From Botryllus schlosseri (lineage: Eukaryota): DNA of 64,000 bases. A model generated the notes under the pieces. The model saw only the letters and a program-made list of their open reading frames with translations, was not told the origin of the DNA and ran no database searches. Where the stretch lies: assembly GCA_051294905.1 (NCBI GenBank), contig CM119372.1, positions 25,236,001-25,300,000 of the forward strand, written 5' to 3'. Below, piece by piece: positions 13,641 to 27,388 of this stretch (positions are counted from its first letter, which is position 1; every line of letters starts with the position of its first letter). Both the position numbers and the translations under genes were made by a program.

Positions 13641-15178
13641 CGATGCAGGCATACTTATGTGCGTTGTTCCGAATGTCGATAGTCGAAGAGGAATCCACGC
13701 CGCCCACATGGATTTTGGTGTTAAACAATCTCAAAGACACAGATATTCAACATTCAGTTAACTCAGTGGCTCTCAACCGGGGCGGGGGGAACTCCCCACT
13801 TAAGGGATATTTGTAATTTATAAGGAAATTTGACTTTACGATTACAAGGAATGGTGCAATTGGACTCACCAATTTTTTTCATTTTTCACGGTAGAACTGT
13901 AAAGTATAAAACAAGTTTTTCCCGCATGCGTGTTTCTTTAGCTCAATTTTGGTCAGAAAGGTCTTTTCAATACTTTAAATGTTATTTGAAATCTTTACGT
14001 GCATTTGGTATAAATCCCCATCATTATTTTGAAACTGTAGCTCATGTGTGGCAAATGTGCGACTCGCGAGACGATTTTGATTGGCCTACGGCAGTCTCTC
14101 GACGGAAAAGTCATGCCGAATTACAACGAGGCCGATAGCGAAAGTATTTACCCTTTTTCAAGTCAGCATCTGTCTAATCGTGAAAAATACATTGCAAATT
14201 CATCAATTCAACTCAAGCGAACTTGATGATCCCAATCGGGAAAGATCATTTCTAAATTTAGAGAAATGATTCCACAACGGAAAGTGACGGTTTGTTTCTT
14301 TTGATTTATTTATTTTGTAGGCAACAGAATAAATTAATGCAGAAGTGGCCAGCGGTACATTACCAAAGTGTTATGCGGTTCGTATTCGAAATAGATAGGT
14401 CATCTTTGTCCTAGAGCTTTAACGCCGCGGCGACCGTCTTATCTCGCCTGAATTATCATACAGCATGTATGGCATGGCGTACACGAAAACCCCGTGCATG
14501 AGGAACCGTCTCAACAACTTACATTAAAAAAAACGTGAATCCTTTTATTCAGTCGTTTAGAAATGGCATGGCATCAGGCTAGCAAGCTTGGCGGGGTCTG
14601 GCTTTTCCTGCGAATTAAACAACTTCATTCGAGCAATAAATCAAACGACAAAAAGTGACATTTGAATACCTGAAATTAAGCCGAAATAGGATAATATGAG
14701 ATAAATAGACTTGACTTAAATCCATTTGATAATTTGTGTGATTTGACTCGTGGATTGACTCGAAAAATTTTGAAAGTACTTGACTTGACTCCGCAGGCAA
14801 TATTTGAGTGGACTCGAAATGACTTGTGGCTCGATGGTTGACTTGATCCCTACACTATACTTTATATTATATATATTCGTATTTGTAACACGGGATGTAA
14901 GTTCCCTGTATACGTTTACTGAAACGCAAACGCATTTAGTATACATCTCATCTTAATCTTCATCAGTTACTATCAGTTACAGATTTTCGTAATCGAATTT
15001 GTCCTCGATTAAATCCACGTCGACAAAATGACGCCCCTGTCAAACCATATTCAAATTACTTCCACTTCAGTATAATATTACCGTCGCCTGAGGTTATATT
15101 CATTAAATATATAGGGTTCGAATCTCTCATTTTAGATCAGTACTTCGGGTAGCATATATCGATAGAGCACTCAAGATC

Positions 15179-18100
15179 ATGACTGGAACTGAATTTTCGC
15201 GCGATGGTGGATGTCATCATGTAGACAAGGCAAAGATACTCGGTGTCCATAAACAGCAACATGATAAAATATCTCATGTAAGTGTTGAGTTTAAAAATGA
15301 CATTGAGATATAATCGTATACTGGTCACTAGTCAAAAATGAAGCAATTGCCGGGATGTCTTACAGCTCAATTTTTAATTAGACGTGAAGACGTGAGGCAA
15401 TCTTATATCAGAATGTATCCAGTCATTGCCATACCCCATTGCATGAATTCCTCTTTTGTAGCATTTCATTGTGGTGGGTATTTGGAGCGATAAGAGTCAA
15501 GTCACGGTGTATCGGAAATTGCGGCAAATCAGGTCTTTTCAGAAAGATATCATGCAGGTAAGTGATGTCTTTGAATCGATCAAACCTTTCCATTTAAAGA
15601 TAGACATTTGCAATATGTGATTACGAGCTATAGATGCTCTAATAAAATTAGCACAATAGCATCATTGCAAATGCTGATAGAAGCCCGATGGTTGCTGTCG
15701 ATGGAATGCTGTCGATAGTGAATAATCCATATTACACCCAGTAAGTTATAATTTCGTGATTTTATTTGATACGATCTTATTTCAGTGCCACAAAGTCGGC
15801 GGTGGAAACGACGACTCCAAACGGTGTCTGAAGAAGGTTGCGCGAGGATTAAACAACGTCATGCGATCAGGTCGCGGTACAATGGGCAAGCTGAAGATGA
15901 TCGACAGTTTGAATAATTTTTTATCGGTACGTAGATCAACTTTTCATTGATTCACTCAACACAGTATGGCGACAATATCACTGCCTGGTGAATGGTCGAT
16001 TTCACTCCTAAATAAATGGGCCGTGCGAATCCAAAAAAGATCTTTGAGTTTAGCATGCGAACTTTCGTCGATCGTCTACCTACAAAAAAAAACTTGCTAA
16101 ATTATACCCCACTAATTAGAGCAGGCGAACCAACGCTCTGGAATGACGTGTCTATTGGGAGGTAGCCAACAAAATAAAGTCGCAATGCTCCAGGATTGGT
16201 CCGTGGTCTCGTGACATATCCATCTGATATGCATTGTTCCTATATAAATTTATATATTTCCTCTCGATATAAATTTTGCAATTCTATATATTGAAATGCA
16301 TAACATTTTATCGCAGGTTATCACGCATTACGAAGAATTGGCCCAGTCGGAAATCATGAGCAACTTCTTCAAGCCCACTGAGATTGATACCACTTCAATG
16401 ATCTGGAGGTAAAATGTCAACCTTGTTTTGAGAATAGAGATTATTATTTTCATAAATGCTACTGCTTCCCAATACAGTACATTTCTCTGACTGATTTTTA
16501 GAGAAAGCTAATGATAATTGACATTATTTACTTGAATTTCATTTCTACAGCAAGAACGGGAAAACCTATATGTATGTACCACGAGATACATTAGGCCGCA
16601 ACAACAAAAGCTCTGAATCGGATGATGAACAAGAGATCTTCGGTGACGATATAAACCAAAGCATTCGTTTGGATAGTGCTGGCGAAGAGATCCAGGTACA
16701 TCGAGATATCCCATTATATTCCGAACAGCTTCGCTTATCATTAATACTTAATTTCAAAGGACCGGGATTATGACACTGATTCAAGCAGTAAAGGTCAATT
16801 CATGCCACAATCGAATACCGTTACCTATATAGCAGTCGCAGACTTCGAAGGAGACTCTACAAATTTCGGAAAAGACTTGATTTCAATACACAAAGACGAA
16901 GAAGTTGAAGTTGTTGAACAAGATAAATCAGGTATAAGACATTCGAATTAGTCCCGACATTCACGTGATACCTTGCTGCAACCAAACGGATTGACTGTTC
17001 GTAACGTGACAGATGAACATTAAACACTGGGTGCAATAACGGAAGTTATGTTTCAGGATGGTGGCTAGTGAGAAAATCTTCTGAAGATTCGCAATCGGAT
17101 AATTCACCGTGCGGTTACGTACCAGCGAGCTACTTGAGACAATCAACGAGCGATGAGTCGAATGATTCGTTCGACGCGGTTGATTCCAATTCGCCACAAC
17201 TTCCTGTTTTTGTAAGTAGGCTTATTTATGATTACTTCATACAATAAATTACCGTGAACTTGATTTGGCGATGAATATCAATATGACTAAGATTATGACT
17301 CTAAGACTTGATGTAACTGCGAATTGACCAGGATTTAATATTGAATTACTTATATCCAAATTTTTATCAATGCATTTGTAAAACATTTGTTAAACGAGTA
17401 TATGTTAGGGATGGTGTGAACGTGAGGTTCACGTTCGGGTTCTGTGTGTGAATCTCGGAAATTTAGAGGTTCGCGTTCACACACGAACCTTGGAAGGTTC
17501 GGCACTGTGAACCATTTTTATATATTACAATTTTCACTTCAACATAACATCTGAAATTTACTGCATTTCAACTGCGAGCCACTATTTGTATGGCGCTGGC
17601 AGCATAAAAAAATCAACACTAAACGAGCATGCACCTTGACAATCCCAACAATTTTACCTGCTTTGTTCAACAGTTTGCTCGAAATATCCAGCTTTCCGTT
17701 TGTGAATATTTAGTGACTCTCTGCTGTGAGCTTGACCCGCAATCACACAACATCAAGAGCGAAATACACTACATGTAGATGTAGGTAGTCGGCGAATGAT
17801 TCTTATTCAACCAATCAATGAAATTGGTATCATTGTCTGATGTAAAGAATCTAGCAGGCGTACGGGGTCAATCTTGATTTCATATGCTTATTGTATCATA
17901 AAAACCAAATCCGCGCTATTGGGGTGTTGGCTACTGCTGTATAACTAGTTGTAGTAATATCGGTAGCAAGTACAGAAACCCGTTTTATACTCTGCTCAAT
18001 ATCAACGCAGCAATACTCACACGCCGAATGCATTGTGCGGTCTGGCCTAGACCGTTAAGGCGTAAAATTCCCTTGCAAGTCTTCGTCGAGATTGTTGGCA

Positions 18101-19774
18101 AAGCGACGGAAGATATTGATTTTATGGGACCATTATATCATTTGATTGCCACAGTTTATGTATTTGGCGAAGTTTAAAACGTCATGTACTTTAACATTGT
18201 GGCATTATGTGGCCCGAGTCGTCGCTAGGTATCGTGTACATTACTATAGGCTATAACTTCACTGAAATGGAGGGTTGGAATTAGCAATATGACGTCACGT
18301 GACGTCATTAGGTTCACGGTCGCGTTCACACAGAACCTTCCAAAAAGGTTTGCGTTCACACGAACCTGAACCCTTCAGAGGTTCACACCATCCCTTGACT
18401 ATATGTATGTATAATTGTATATTTAACTTACGGGTGCATTTCCGATGTGAAAACAATTGAAAGCATGGGTTGACTTGTAGTCGACTTTAATCAAACCCGC
18501 CGACCTAGTTTGTGCTAAGCAAAGGAGTTTTTATCTGAAATTAGCACATTGAGCCCAAGTCGCGATCATTCGAATTTTCCTACCGTTGACGTCATATTTG
18601 GTGATACGATTGTTGCTATACAATGTTATTTTCAATTATCGACTATAGTTGCATTATGGTTATCCCTGGCTAATGCCCGCCAAAATTTTTCGGGTTTATT
18701 TTAATATGAATAGACTATTCCACTATATATACTCAAGAGTTTCGATCAGTATACTTCATGATTTATGTCTCAATTCATAGGGCCCAACCATGCTCATACC
18801 CGAGGAAGCGGTGAATTATGACTTGTCGGGGGCAGCGTTTGATTCGGAGTCTCCAAAATTAACGAAATCAATAGTAAACAAACTGCGCCGAGAGTTCACC
18901 TTTGGCAGCAGTGATTCCGAACTATCTGATATGACTCGCAGTTCCGAGGAGATAAACGAAATGAGCGACGGACTGACTGAAATGACCGGGACAGCGGAAT
19001 GTCGCTCCGCCACATCCTCTCCCTTCGGTAGCAGACGACAATCGAATGCTATGAAGAATCGAGAAATACGATCACGTCGCCGAAACACATTAGCGCTGGC
19101 AACGTTAGGAACGCTTTTCAGACCATCCGAAAGTTCAATCTCCCAACCCAATTACATAAGGCGCCAGACATTTGCAGAGATTTCAACCGGCGCTGATAGC
19201 TTGTTCAGAAGCTCATCCACGGGGAACATCGTGAGTCAGATTGGGTACGAGGACGTTAAGTAATACATAAAAGCAATGAAAATTATGATTTTCAATTGTA
19301 TTCAGAGAGGATTATATTTCGAAGGAATCGTACGAAGCAACTTCGTCAGACGAGATAAGTTTCTCCAAGGGATCTGTTTTGAAAGTACTTCGCAGGAATA
19401 AGAATGGATGGTGGCTAGCAAGGTACGTTTCAGTCACATGAACATGAACACAGAGGTATTCAGTAATGAAATAATTTTTTCTGCTTGTTCAAAGTAAAGT
19501 GATTTTTACCACGCACCCAAGAGGTTTTGTTTTGTACTATACATCCACTTGTACTTGAATACCATGGATGTAGAAAGTAGTTTTGTGATGAGATTGCATC
19601 ATTCTGTCACTGTATTTCCGAATATTGTACCTATTCGCAGCGTCAATTTTACTTATTCAAGACAGTTTCATTTTTAGTTATAACCAAAAGACTGGACTAG
19701 TTCCCGGTGTGCATCTCCAGCGATACCAAGACCCGATTAGAAAATTGAGTCTGCGAATGTTGGATTTGATTTGA
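15179..19774 (+). CDS. PX-SH3-SH3 adaptor protein, p47phox/NCF1-NOXO1-SH3PXD2-like, tandem copy 1 (10 coding exons, ~525 aa, intact)
   Basis: Hand-spliced GT-AG exons 15179-15277, 15462-15557, 15786-15926, 16317-16408, 16551-16695, 16760-16931, 17057-17211, 18781-19244, 19306-19422, 19678-19774 give one open frame of 1578 nt. PX-like N-terminus: AKILGVHKQQ..SH|HFIVVGIWSDKSQVTVYRKLRQIRSFQKDI..LAQSEIMSNFFKP (cf. p47phox LLGFEKR..YMFLVKWQDLSEKVVYRRF..LLDFFK). SH3-1: YIAVADFEG..ISIHKDEEVEVVEQDKSGWWLV..GYVPASYL. SH3-2: GEDYISKESYEATSSDEISFSKGSVLKVLRRNKNGWWLAS..TGLVPGVHL. Exon sizes and phases are conserved in the paralogues. Confidence 0.88.
17406..18396 (+). mobile_element. TAGGGATGGTGTGAAC-family MITE in intron 7 of copy 1
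   Basis: Full-length match to 24574-25565 with both TIRs. Confidence 0.9.
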
Positions 19775-20292
19775 ACTGTTCCTCTGAGATGAAGGCAGCA
19801 TCATAATTGAACGGAGAAGAAAGCCTGTAGTCGGATGAGAGGCTCCGCGGTCACCGATCTTCTGACAGGGAGAGCGAATGCGACATGATCGCCTATGTCG
19901 TTTATATCGATCTCAGTACTCCAAAAATCACTGGACTGAAGAGCCTGGGTATTCAGTTCGACGTGCTTCGCGAACCATTGCACATATCTCTGAGCACTTC
20001 GGAAGTTCAATATAAATTGCGGTATAGATCAAACATTTCTAACCCATTACTCAACGACCAAGCGTTGCCGGAGACGATGTTGAAACCTTCTTTTCCTACT
20101 CATTGATCTAAATATTTTTAAACAGTTCAAAATAATGTTCAAATTAAATTTTCAAATACATATGTATTGTATATACAGAACTATATGCACGTGTACGACT
20201 ATTTGCAGAAATCAGACGATACAGTGCTTGTTCAGAACGACATTATACATAACAGTGGAAATGTTTTATCTTTTCCTTGCAAAGCAGGTATT

Positions 20293-21711
20293 CACTGGGC
20301 AACAATTTTGAACGAAAAATTTGTTGACTTTGATTTTGCACTTGATTTGGGCTAATTTTGGCGGCCTGATTCCAAAAATGCCGTTGGTTTTCTTCTAGCC
20401 CGTCCAGTTTTTGCTCTACAACATATGGGCAAAATATGTGAATTTTCACGAATTTTCCCATATTACTTTTCCATACCACATAGAAATCCACCCTTTTATC
20501 ATATAATAAGCTATACAGCCAAGGGCTCAAATGAATTATTAAGAAAACGGAACTGGTATCGATCTACACCGATGCTTTCACCCACTTTTGGTCAGAGGAT
20601 GCAATCATCCGAGGTTATTTTAGACACATATTTGATGCAAACTGCAGGATATGGCAAAAAAATCATTACCTTTACTATCAGCTGTAGGTCCAATGTCCCA
20701 TTCACCTTATCCACTGTAACTTGAAACTCCTACACGCTCCATAATTTGGATCAACAGGAAGATCTGACCTAATGGTGAAGATGTTGAGATCGATGATGAT
20801 TCAGAACGTAGAGTAGTCCATCAGCACATGTTAAATGATCTGACACGGCTTTGGGACTTGGTTCGGAACATTTAGCATCCTTGCGAATTGAGAGAAGATT
20901 ACTTGGCAAGGGAGAGAAGATATCTCACAATACTGTTACCATGAGTTGCTGGAGGGGTTAAGAATCCAGATTTCTAACTCAAGTGAATGGCAAATGTCTA
21001 TTGATAGCTCATAACGGATCCTAAAGTGTCCAAATTACTGAAATTATCCAAAATGGCAGCGTCTTAGGTGCTGTAACAATTGCACACTCAGTTAGTCTTC
21101 GTGAATAATACAGAAACATTTAGAATAATACAGAAACATTGAATTGTTGCAATATCACCAGCACGATTGTATTGTATGTGTCAGCTTGGAAATATGGTAT
21201 TTTCTTAGTGGTCAGACAATAAGGATGCACAATGCACACGTAACCCTGATACACATGTGCCACTGCCATATGTTTATGTCGGACAGCAGATATTCAAATA
21301 TACTAAAATATATAAATAATTTCCCGGAAAACCTTGGCATAGTCAGCGATGGGCAAGGAGAAAGTGTCCCCCAATATCCGAAGATGATGGACCCTGAAAC
21401 TCGCACTTTATTTATCCTGCAGAAGCAATATCAGTTTAAATCAAACATATGAAGTAGCGAACATGTTTATTTGAAGACTGTTGACTTACTTTCGACTATG
21501 CTTGTGATTTTTGAAACGTTTTATACAATAAACACAAAATAATAAAATGGCTGGGTAGTTTTATGTGGGTTGTGAGACAATGTCGGGAGCACCTAACCCA
21601 AAAACATGACGTGATAGAGAAAAAACGGAAGTCATTTTTTTTATTCAGTGCCCAAAAGTTAGTCAGAACCAATTGTCTGTTCAAAGTCAACAAATTTTGT
21701 GTTGACCAATG
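20293..21711 (+). mobile_element. Second, older Chapaev-type transposon remnant
   Basis: Termini CACTGGGCAACA..AAATTTGTTGACTTTGA and TCAAAGTCAACAAATTT..GTTGACCAATG. Decayed transposase pieces LNDLTR, SEWQMSIDSS*RILK, LQYHQHDCIVCVSL..FLSGQ and NFPENLGIVSDGQGE. Confidence 0.75.
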
Positions 21712-24573
21712 TATTGATGAATTTCCTTCGTGAAATTTTGCGCTGGGCGTGATTACTTACAGCATAAGACACTGGATTAATATACCTGAAGATACGCGAT
21801 AGCTGCGTAGTAAGCATATCGGCAAGTCGTAGAAAGGGGGTCTGGGGGATAGGTCCGGAGAAGCATGGTTGATCACCTTTTGGGAGACCCGACACAAATG
21901 CTTCGTGGAGCCTCACGAAATGCCGTTTCGGTTCTCCATATCTATTACACGTGAAGCGCAACGAAAGTTATGGACTCTCTGCAAAAACACAAAATATTAC
22001 GAAGTAAAGTAAAAGTAGCAGGAAATTTGATATACTTGAGTAAGTACTAGGAAACTAGAAAAATTAGAAGTACGTCGTTACTGACCACCTCTATGGGTGG
22101 ATGCCATTGTCGCAACTCTTATCAATTAACTTGTACTGACTGGATATCGTTTCGTGTATCTCTGTTCACTGTCGTTTATTCACAATGCGATGGATATCTT
22201 GATATTTCAAGCTTATACGTAACTGTGACAGGATGTGACAAGAAACTGTTGAAAAACAACCATCAATAATAATTAGGCATTGTTATATATTTATATTCAT
22301 CGGACATTTTTTCTACACCTCACGTTTATGCTATGCCTCAGGAATCACAATGGCTAATCTTGCATCAAATTCTCAACAGTTCACAATATGAACTTAATAT
22401 TTTACTAACGCAAGCTGCTTGACCCCGCGGACGAAGGACGGCACTCTCATTCAACGAACTGTAGATAGTTTTGTTGACTTGATGCAATCGGAAGAAGAAT
22501 TTATATTCATACCTAGTATACTGTGGTCGCTAACTGCGAATGTATGCGAATCTCACAAATTGTAACAGGGGCATTTTGTGATACATTACACATTGCAGAT
22601 GCATAGGACTATCGAGCCCAGGTCCAACACCAGGGCTCGAGAGCCTTGAGAATACAAAGAAAACTTTTGGACCATTAGGAATCGGAAGCGACAAACATAA
22701 CATGATGGTATAATGGTATATAGAATTTGTGACATCTAGGACTACACAGAAAACTACTGAAATCATATTTGTGGGTGCAAAACAAGTAGACCGTTACCAT
22801 AATATGATGGTTATTGCAATGTTACTGATTGTGTATAAAAGAAAACAACTTGTATAATATTCTCAAGGCATGTAGGCTATCTCCTTTATATTCAGGAAAA
22901 CAAGCAACTTGGAAAACCAACGGCAGCTCATATTTTATTATAATGTAGGTCTATTTCGTTGTAGTTTTCTTCCATTATTTCTTTGCCACTCATAGGCGAC
23001 ATTATAACCAGCTATAAAAAGAGGAAAAATCAACAGAATGAAAATTGAGGTCTGAGTGAACGACATGAGGTTGAAATTTTGCTTTTCAGGAAGAATGTGT
23101 ACGAAAAATATATGAAATACATGGACATTTCAGTTTCTATTGACGCTAATAGTGAATTCACCATTATAACCAATTTACCAAATTTTGAATTTAACTCGAC
23201 TGTAGGTAGGTAGGTAGGTATAGGTATTAGGGGGTAATGGAGCATAGCTACTCGGCTATTGCCCCATGACGATATCTGGCGATAATGATTCCAGTACTGT
23301 TTTCAATGGTTTACTATTATTTATATATCCCTTCCACTATAAATCGTGAATTTGCTGATTGGCTGGCATATAGTATGTACGTCTGTGAGTAGGGACTCTG
23401 GCGTTAGTGGTGCTTTATTACGCTCGGCGGTTTGAATTAGATCCATTCTGGCATGGTCTTGGTCATACCTAGGGCAACGGAGGAGGAAATGCTCCACTGT
23501 TTCTGTGATCCCGCATGTACCATAAATGCCATTTTGGTGACATTTAGTTCTGTTGAGATGGCCGTTCAGCCTAGAGATTTAGCTCGGTTCTACTTGCACA
23601 AAGCTGGGGTTAGAACTAATGTCACTAACTACAGACCGATATCTGTTCTTCCGTGTATTGGGATTGTCTTCGAAAAGCTGCTCCTGTCCCGCCTATCTTT
23701 ATACCTCGTCAAAATGTATATAATTTCCCCTCACCAATTTGGATTCCGCAATAAACACCAAACCTCACATGCCCTCCTAACTGTGGCCGAGCAGCACTAC
23801 GATATCCCGGAGACACAAGATGTGGGGTGTAGTATTGTCCTTGATCTAAAAAAGGCGTTTGACAGTGTAAATCAGAGGTCTCAAACACGCGGCCCGCGAC
23901 GGCATTTGGGAATTTCAAGTACTCAACAATATATTCAAGTGACATATATCTTTTTCAGATATAAGAACTTAAAGTTCACGCTAAAACTACTATAGAAATC
24001 ACTGAAATCTCAACAAACTTCGCTATCATATCACTTTTAAAAGCCACCATGCGGTAGAAGATCAGCTATTAGGCTACGTCACATTTCTAGTTCATGATGA
24101 TAAAACATGACCCATTGATGATTCGTGACTGAAAATTGCGATTTGGTTTGGTGCGACCTTCTAGTAAAATTACTCGATTTCGAAGTGACTGGGTGATTAA
24201 GTAAAAATGACTTGAATTTAGTCGGGTCAAACTTTAAGATCAGAAAAGAACTTGCGAATCGGAACGATGACTTGGTAATCCTACGGACGCAACAATCTAT
24301 GAAACTGTCATGGGGAATGGTAATATATCAGAAGGTCGTAGCTTGGGTTTGCGTAGGGTATATAGCTATCGAATCAGGTCAGTATGGAAAACATTGGTAT
24401 TCTGTGACCCCCGTGAATTATAGTTGGTTACATGGGTGTTGTTTGTTCTATTTATCCATTTTATTATCGGTGGCGAGTAAGGTAGTGGTACGCTCTACAG
24501 CTGTAATACCAATGAATTCTTCGCCGATTGGACATTTCTATTCCAGGGGTTCTTAACCAGGGTCCGTAGAGAC

Positions 24574-25565
24574 TAGGGATGGCGTGAACATGAGGTTCAC
24601 GTTCGCGTTCTGTGTGTGAACCTCGAAAATTTAGAGGTTCGCGTTCACAACAGAACCTTGGTAGGTTCTGCACTGTGAACCTTTTTGGTAAATTGCCATT
24701 TTCACTTCATTATAAGATCTTTGGTTCAAATTTATTGCATTTCAACTGCGGGCCACTCTATGCATGGCGCTGGCAGCATAAAAAATCGACACTGAACGAG
24801 CATGCACCTTGACAATTTTAAAGGTTTTACTTGCTTTGTTACAAAAATTTTCTCGAAATATCCAGCTTTCCGTTTGTGAATATTTAGTGACTCTCTGCTG
24901 TGAGCTTGACCCGCAATCACACAACATCACGAGTGAAATACGAAGTCAGCGAATGATGCTTATTCAACCAATCAATGACATTCATATCGTTTTCTGATCT
25001 AAAAAATCTAGCAGGCGTACGGGGTCAATCTTGACTTCATATCTTTACTGTATCATTAAAACCAAATCCGTGCGATTAAGGTGTTGGCTACTGCTGTATA
25101 AGCTTTTGCTGTTTGTGGTATCGGTAGCCAGTATAGAAATCCGTTTTACACTCTGCTGAATATCAATGCAGCAATACTCAGACTACGAATACATTGTCCG
25201 GTCTGGCCAGCACCGTTAAGGAGTAAGCTTATATTTCCCGGTAAGTCCACGTCGTAATTGTTGGCAAAGCGACGGAATGTCTTGATTTTATGTGATTAAT
25301 ATATCCTTTGATTACCGCTGTTGATACATTTAGCGACGTTTAAAACGCCAATATGTACTTCAGCTTTGCGGCATTATGTGGCCCTAGTCGTCGCGAGGTA
25401 TCGTGTACATTAATTTAGGCTATCACTTCATCGAAAGATAGGGTTGGAACTAGCAATATGACGTCACGTGACGTCATGGGGTTCACGTTCGTGTTCACAC
25501 AGAACCTTTCAAAAAGGTTCGCGTTCACACGAACCTGAACCTTTCAGAGGTTCACACCATCCCTA
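24574..25565 (+). mobile_element. ~1-kb hAT-like MITE (TAGGGATGGTGTGAAC family), first of a tandem pair
   Basis: TIR TAGGGATGG(C/T)GTGAAC...GTTCACACCATCCCTA; 8-bp TSD GTAGAGAC on both sides. Confidence 0.9.
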
Positions 25566-25573
25566 GTAGAGAC

Positions 25574-26472
25574 TAGGGATGGTGTGAACGTGAGGTTCAC
25601 GTTCGCGTTCTGTGTGTGAACCTCGGAAGAGGTTCGCGTTCACAACAGAACCTTGGTAGGTTCAGCACTGTGAACCTTTTTCATATATTACAATTTTCAC
25701 TTCATTATAACATCTTTGGTTCATATTTATTGCATTTCAACTGCGGGCCACTCTATGCATGGCGCTGGCAGCAATAAAAATTAACGCTAAATGAGCATGC
25801 ACCTTGACACCTCTCAAAAGATTTACTTGCTTTGTTACAAAAGTTTGCTCGAAATATCCAGCTTTCCGTTAGTGAATATTTAGTGACTCTCTGCTATGAG
25901 TTTGACCCGCAATCACACAACATCACGAGCGAAATACGTAGTCAGCGAATGATGCTTATTCAATCAATCAATGAGATTGATATCGTTTTCTCGTGCAAAA
26001 AATCTAGCTGGCGTACGGGGTCAATCTGCTGCATAACTGATAAATGGGGTAACATTGGTAGCAAGTATAGAAAGTAGAAACCCGCTTTACACTCTGCTCA
26101 ATATCAATGTAGCGATACTCAGACGCCGAATACATTGTCCGGTCTGGCCTATATTCCCTGGTAAGTCCTCGTTGAAATTGTTGGCAAAGCGACGGAAGAT
26201 ATTGATTTGATAGGAGTATTATATCCTTTGATTGCCTCAGTTGATACGTTTAGCGATGTTTAAATCGCCAACATGGAGTTCGATGTGGCCCGAGTCGTCG
26301 CTAGGTATCGTGTACATTATTACAGGCTATCACTTCATTGAAAGATAGGCTTGGAATTAGCAATATGACGTCACGTGACGTCACGAGGTTCACGTTCGTG
26401 TTCACACAGAACCTTTCAAAAAGGTTCGCGTTCACACGAACCTGAACCTTTCAGAGGTTCACACCATCCCTA
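25574..26472 (+). mobile_element. Same MITE family, second of the tandem pair
   Basis: Same TIRs; flanked by GTAGAGAC at 25566-25573 and 26473-26480; has internal deletions relative to the first copy. Confidence 0.9.
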
Positions 26473-26501
26473 GTAGAGACCCTATCGGGCTACGAAGCAT
26501 C

Positions 26502-27388
26502 CAGACTTGAACAACTAGATAATTCCCAGATAAATCTAGTTGTCTAATTTCACTAAATTAAAGCGAAATGCCAGTAATCTAATTCTAATCTAATTTGTGA
26601 ACTGCTCCTATGCTCTAATTATACTTCTAATCTAATTTATGATTTGTTCTTATGCTCTAATTCAAATTCTATCTAATTTGTCAAATGTTCCTATTCTCTA
26701 ATTTTAATTCTAATATAATTTATCGTTTTCCTGAAAATGCCTCTTTGTCCGCGGCATTTTGCTGCGAATTTACAAGAATATCCCTCTCGCGCAAGGAAAT
26801 CCAGTGCCAAGTAGTTATTGTGCGACGAATATTCGCCATTGGCATAGTAGCTTGTAGTCTGCGTTCAACATTCTAGTTTCGATCACAAACAGAACAGCAG
26901 CAAAGAATAAGAGATGGTTATCACATGCCGTTCTCTAAGCGTCTCGGTCCTGGTAGTGTCTGGGCCATTGTACGTCAAGGCAATATGACCTCGCGGGCCG
27001 CGTAATGGTGACTCCTGGTATAGTACAAAACGAGCAGCCAAGCTATGCACAGTAGTTAACCATTTTCATCGCTATGGGAATGCACTGCGATTCGATATGA
27101 ATTTTTTGCCGTATTTCTTTCTCATTCACAATTCATTTAATTTCCAAGTTTTTGCGAATTCGGTGATTCTAATTCTAATCTAATTTGGAAAAAACTGTAC
27201 AGCTCTAATTCTAATTCTAATGTAATTTGGAAAACGCTGTGTATCTCTAATTCTAATTCTAGTCTAATTTGGAAAAATCGTGTATCTCTAATTCTAATTT
27301 TAATCTAATTCGAAAAAAACTGTGTAGCTCTAATTCTAATTCTAATGTAATTCGGAAAAGCTGAAAATTTTCTAGTTGTCCAAGTCTG
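26502..27388. mobile_element. hAT-like MITE with (CTAATT)-rich subterminal repeats
   Basis: TIR CAGACTTGAACAACTAG...CTAGTTGTCCAAGTCTG; TSD GAAGCATC/TAAGCATC. Confidence 0.75.

Noticed and set aside
23453..23995. 180-aa ORF as a host gene
   Set aside because: It is a chimera of a LINE RT fragment reading into an inserted MITE.
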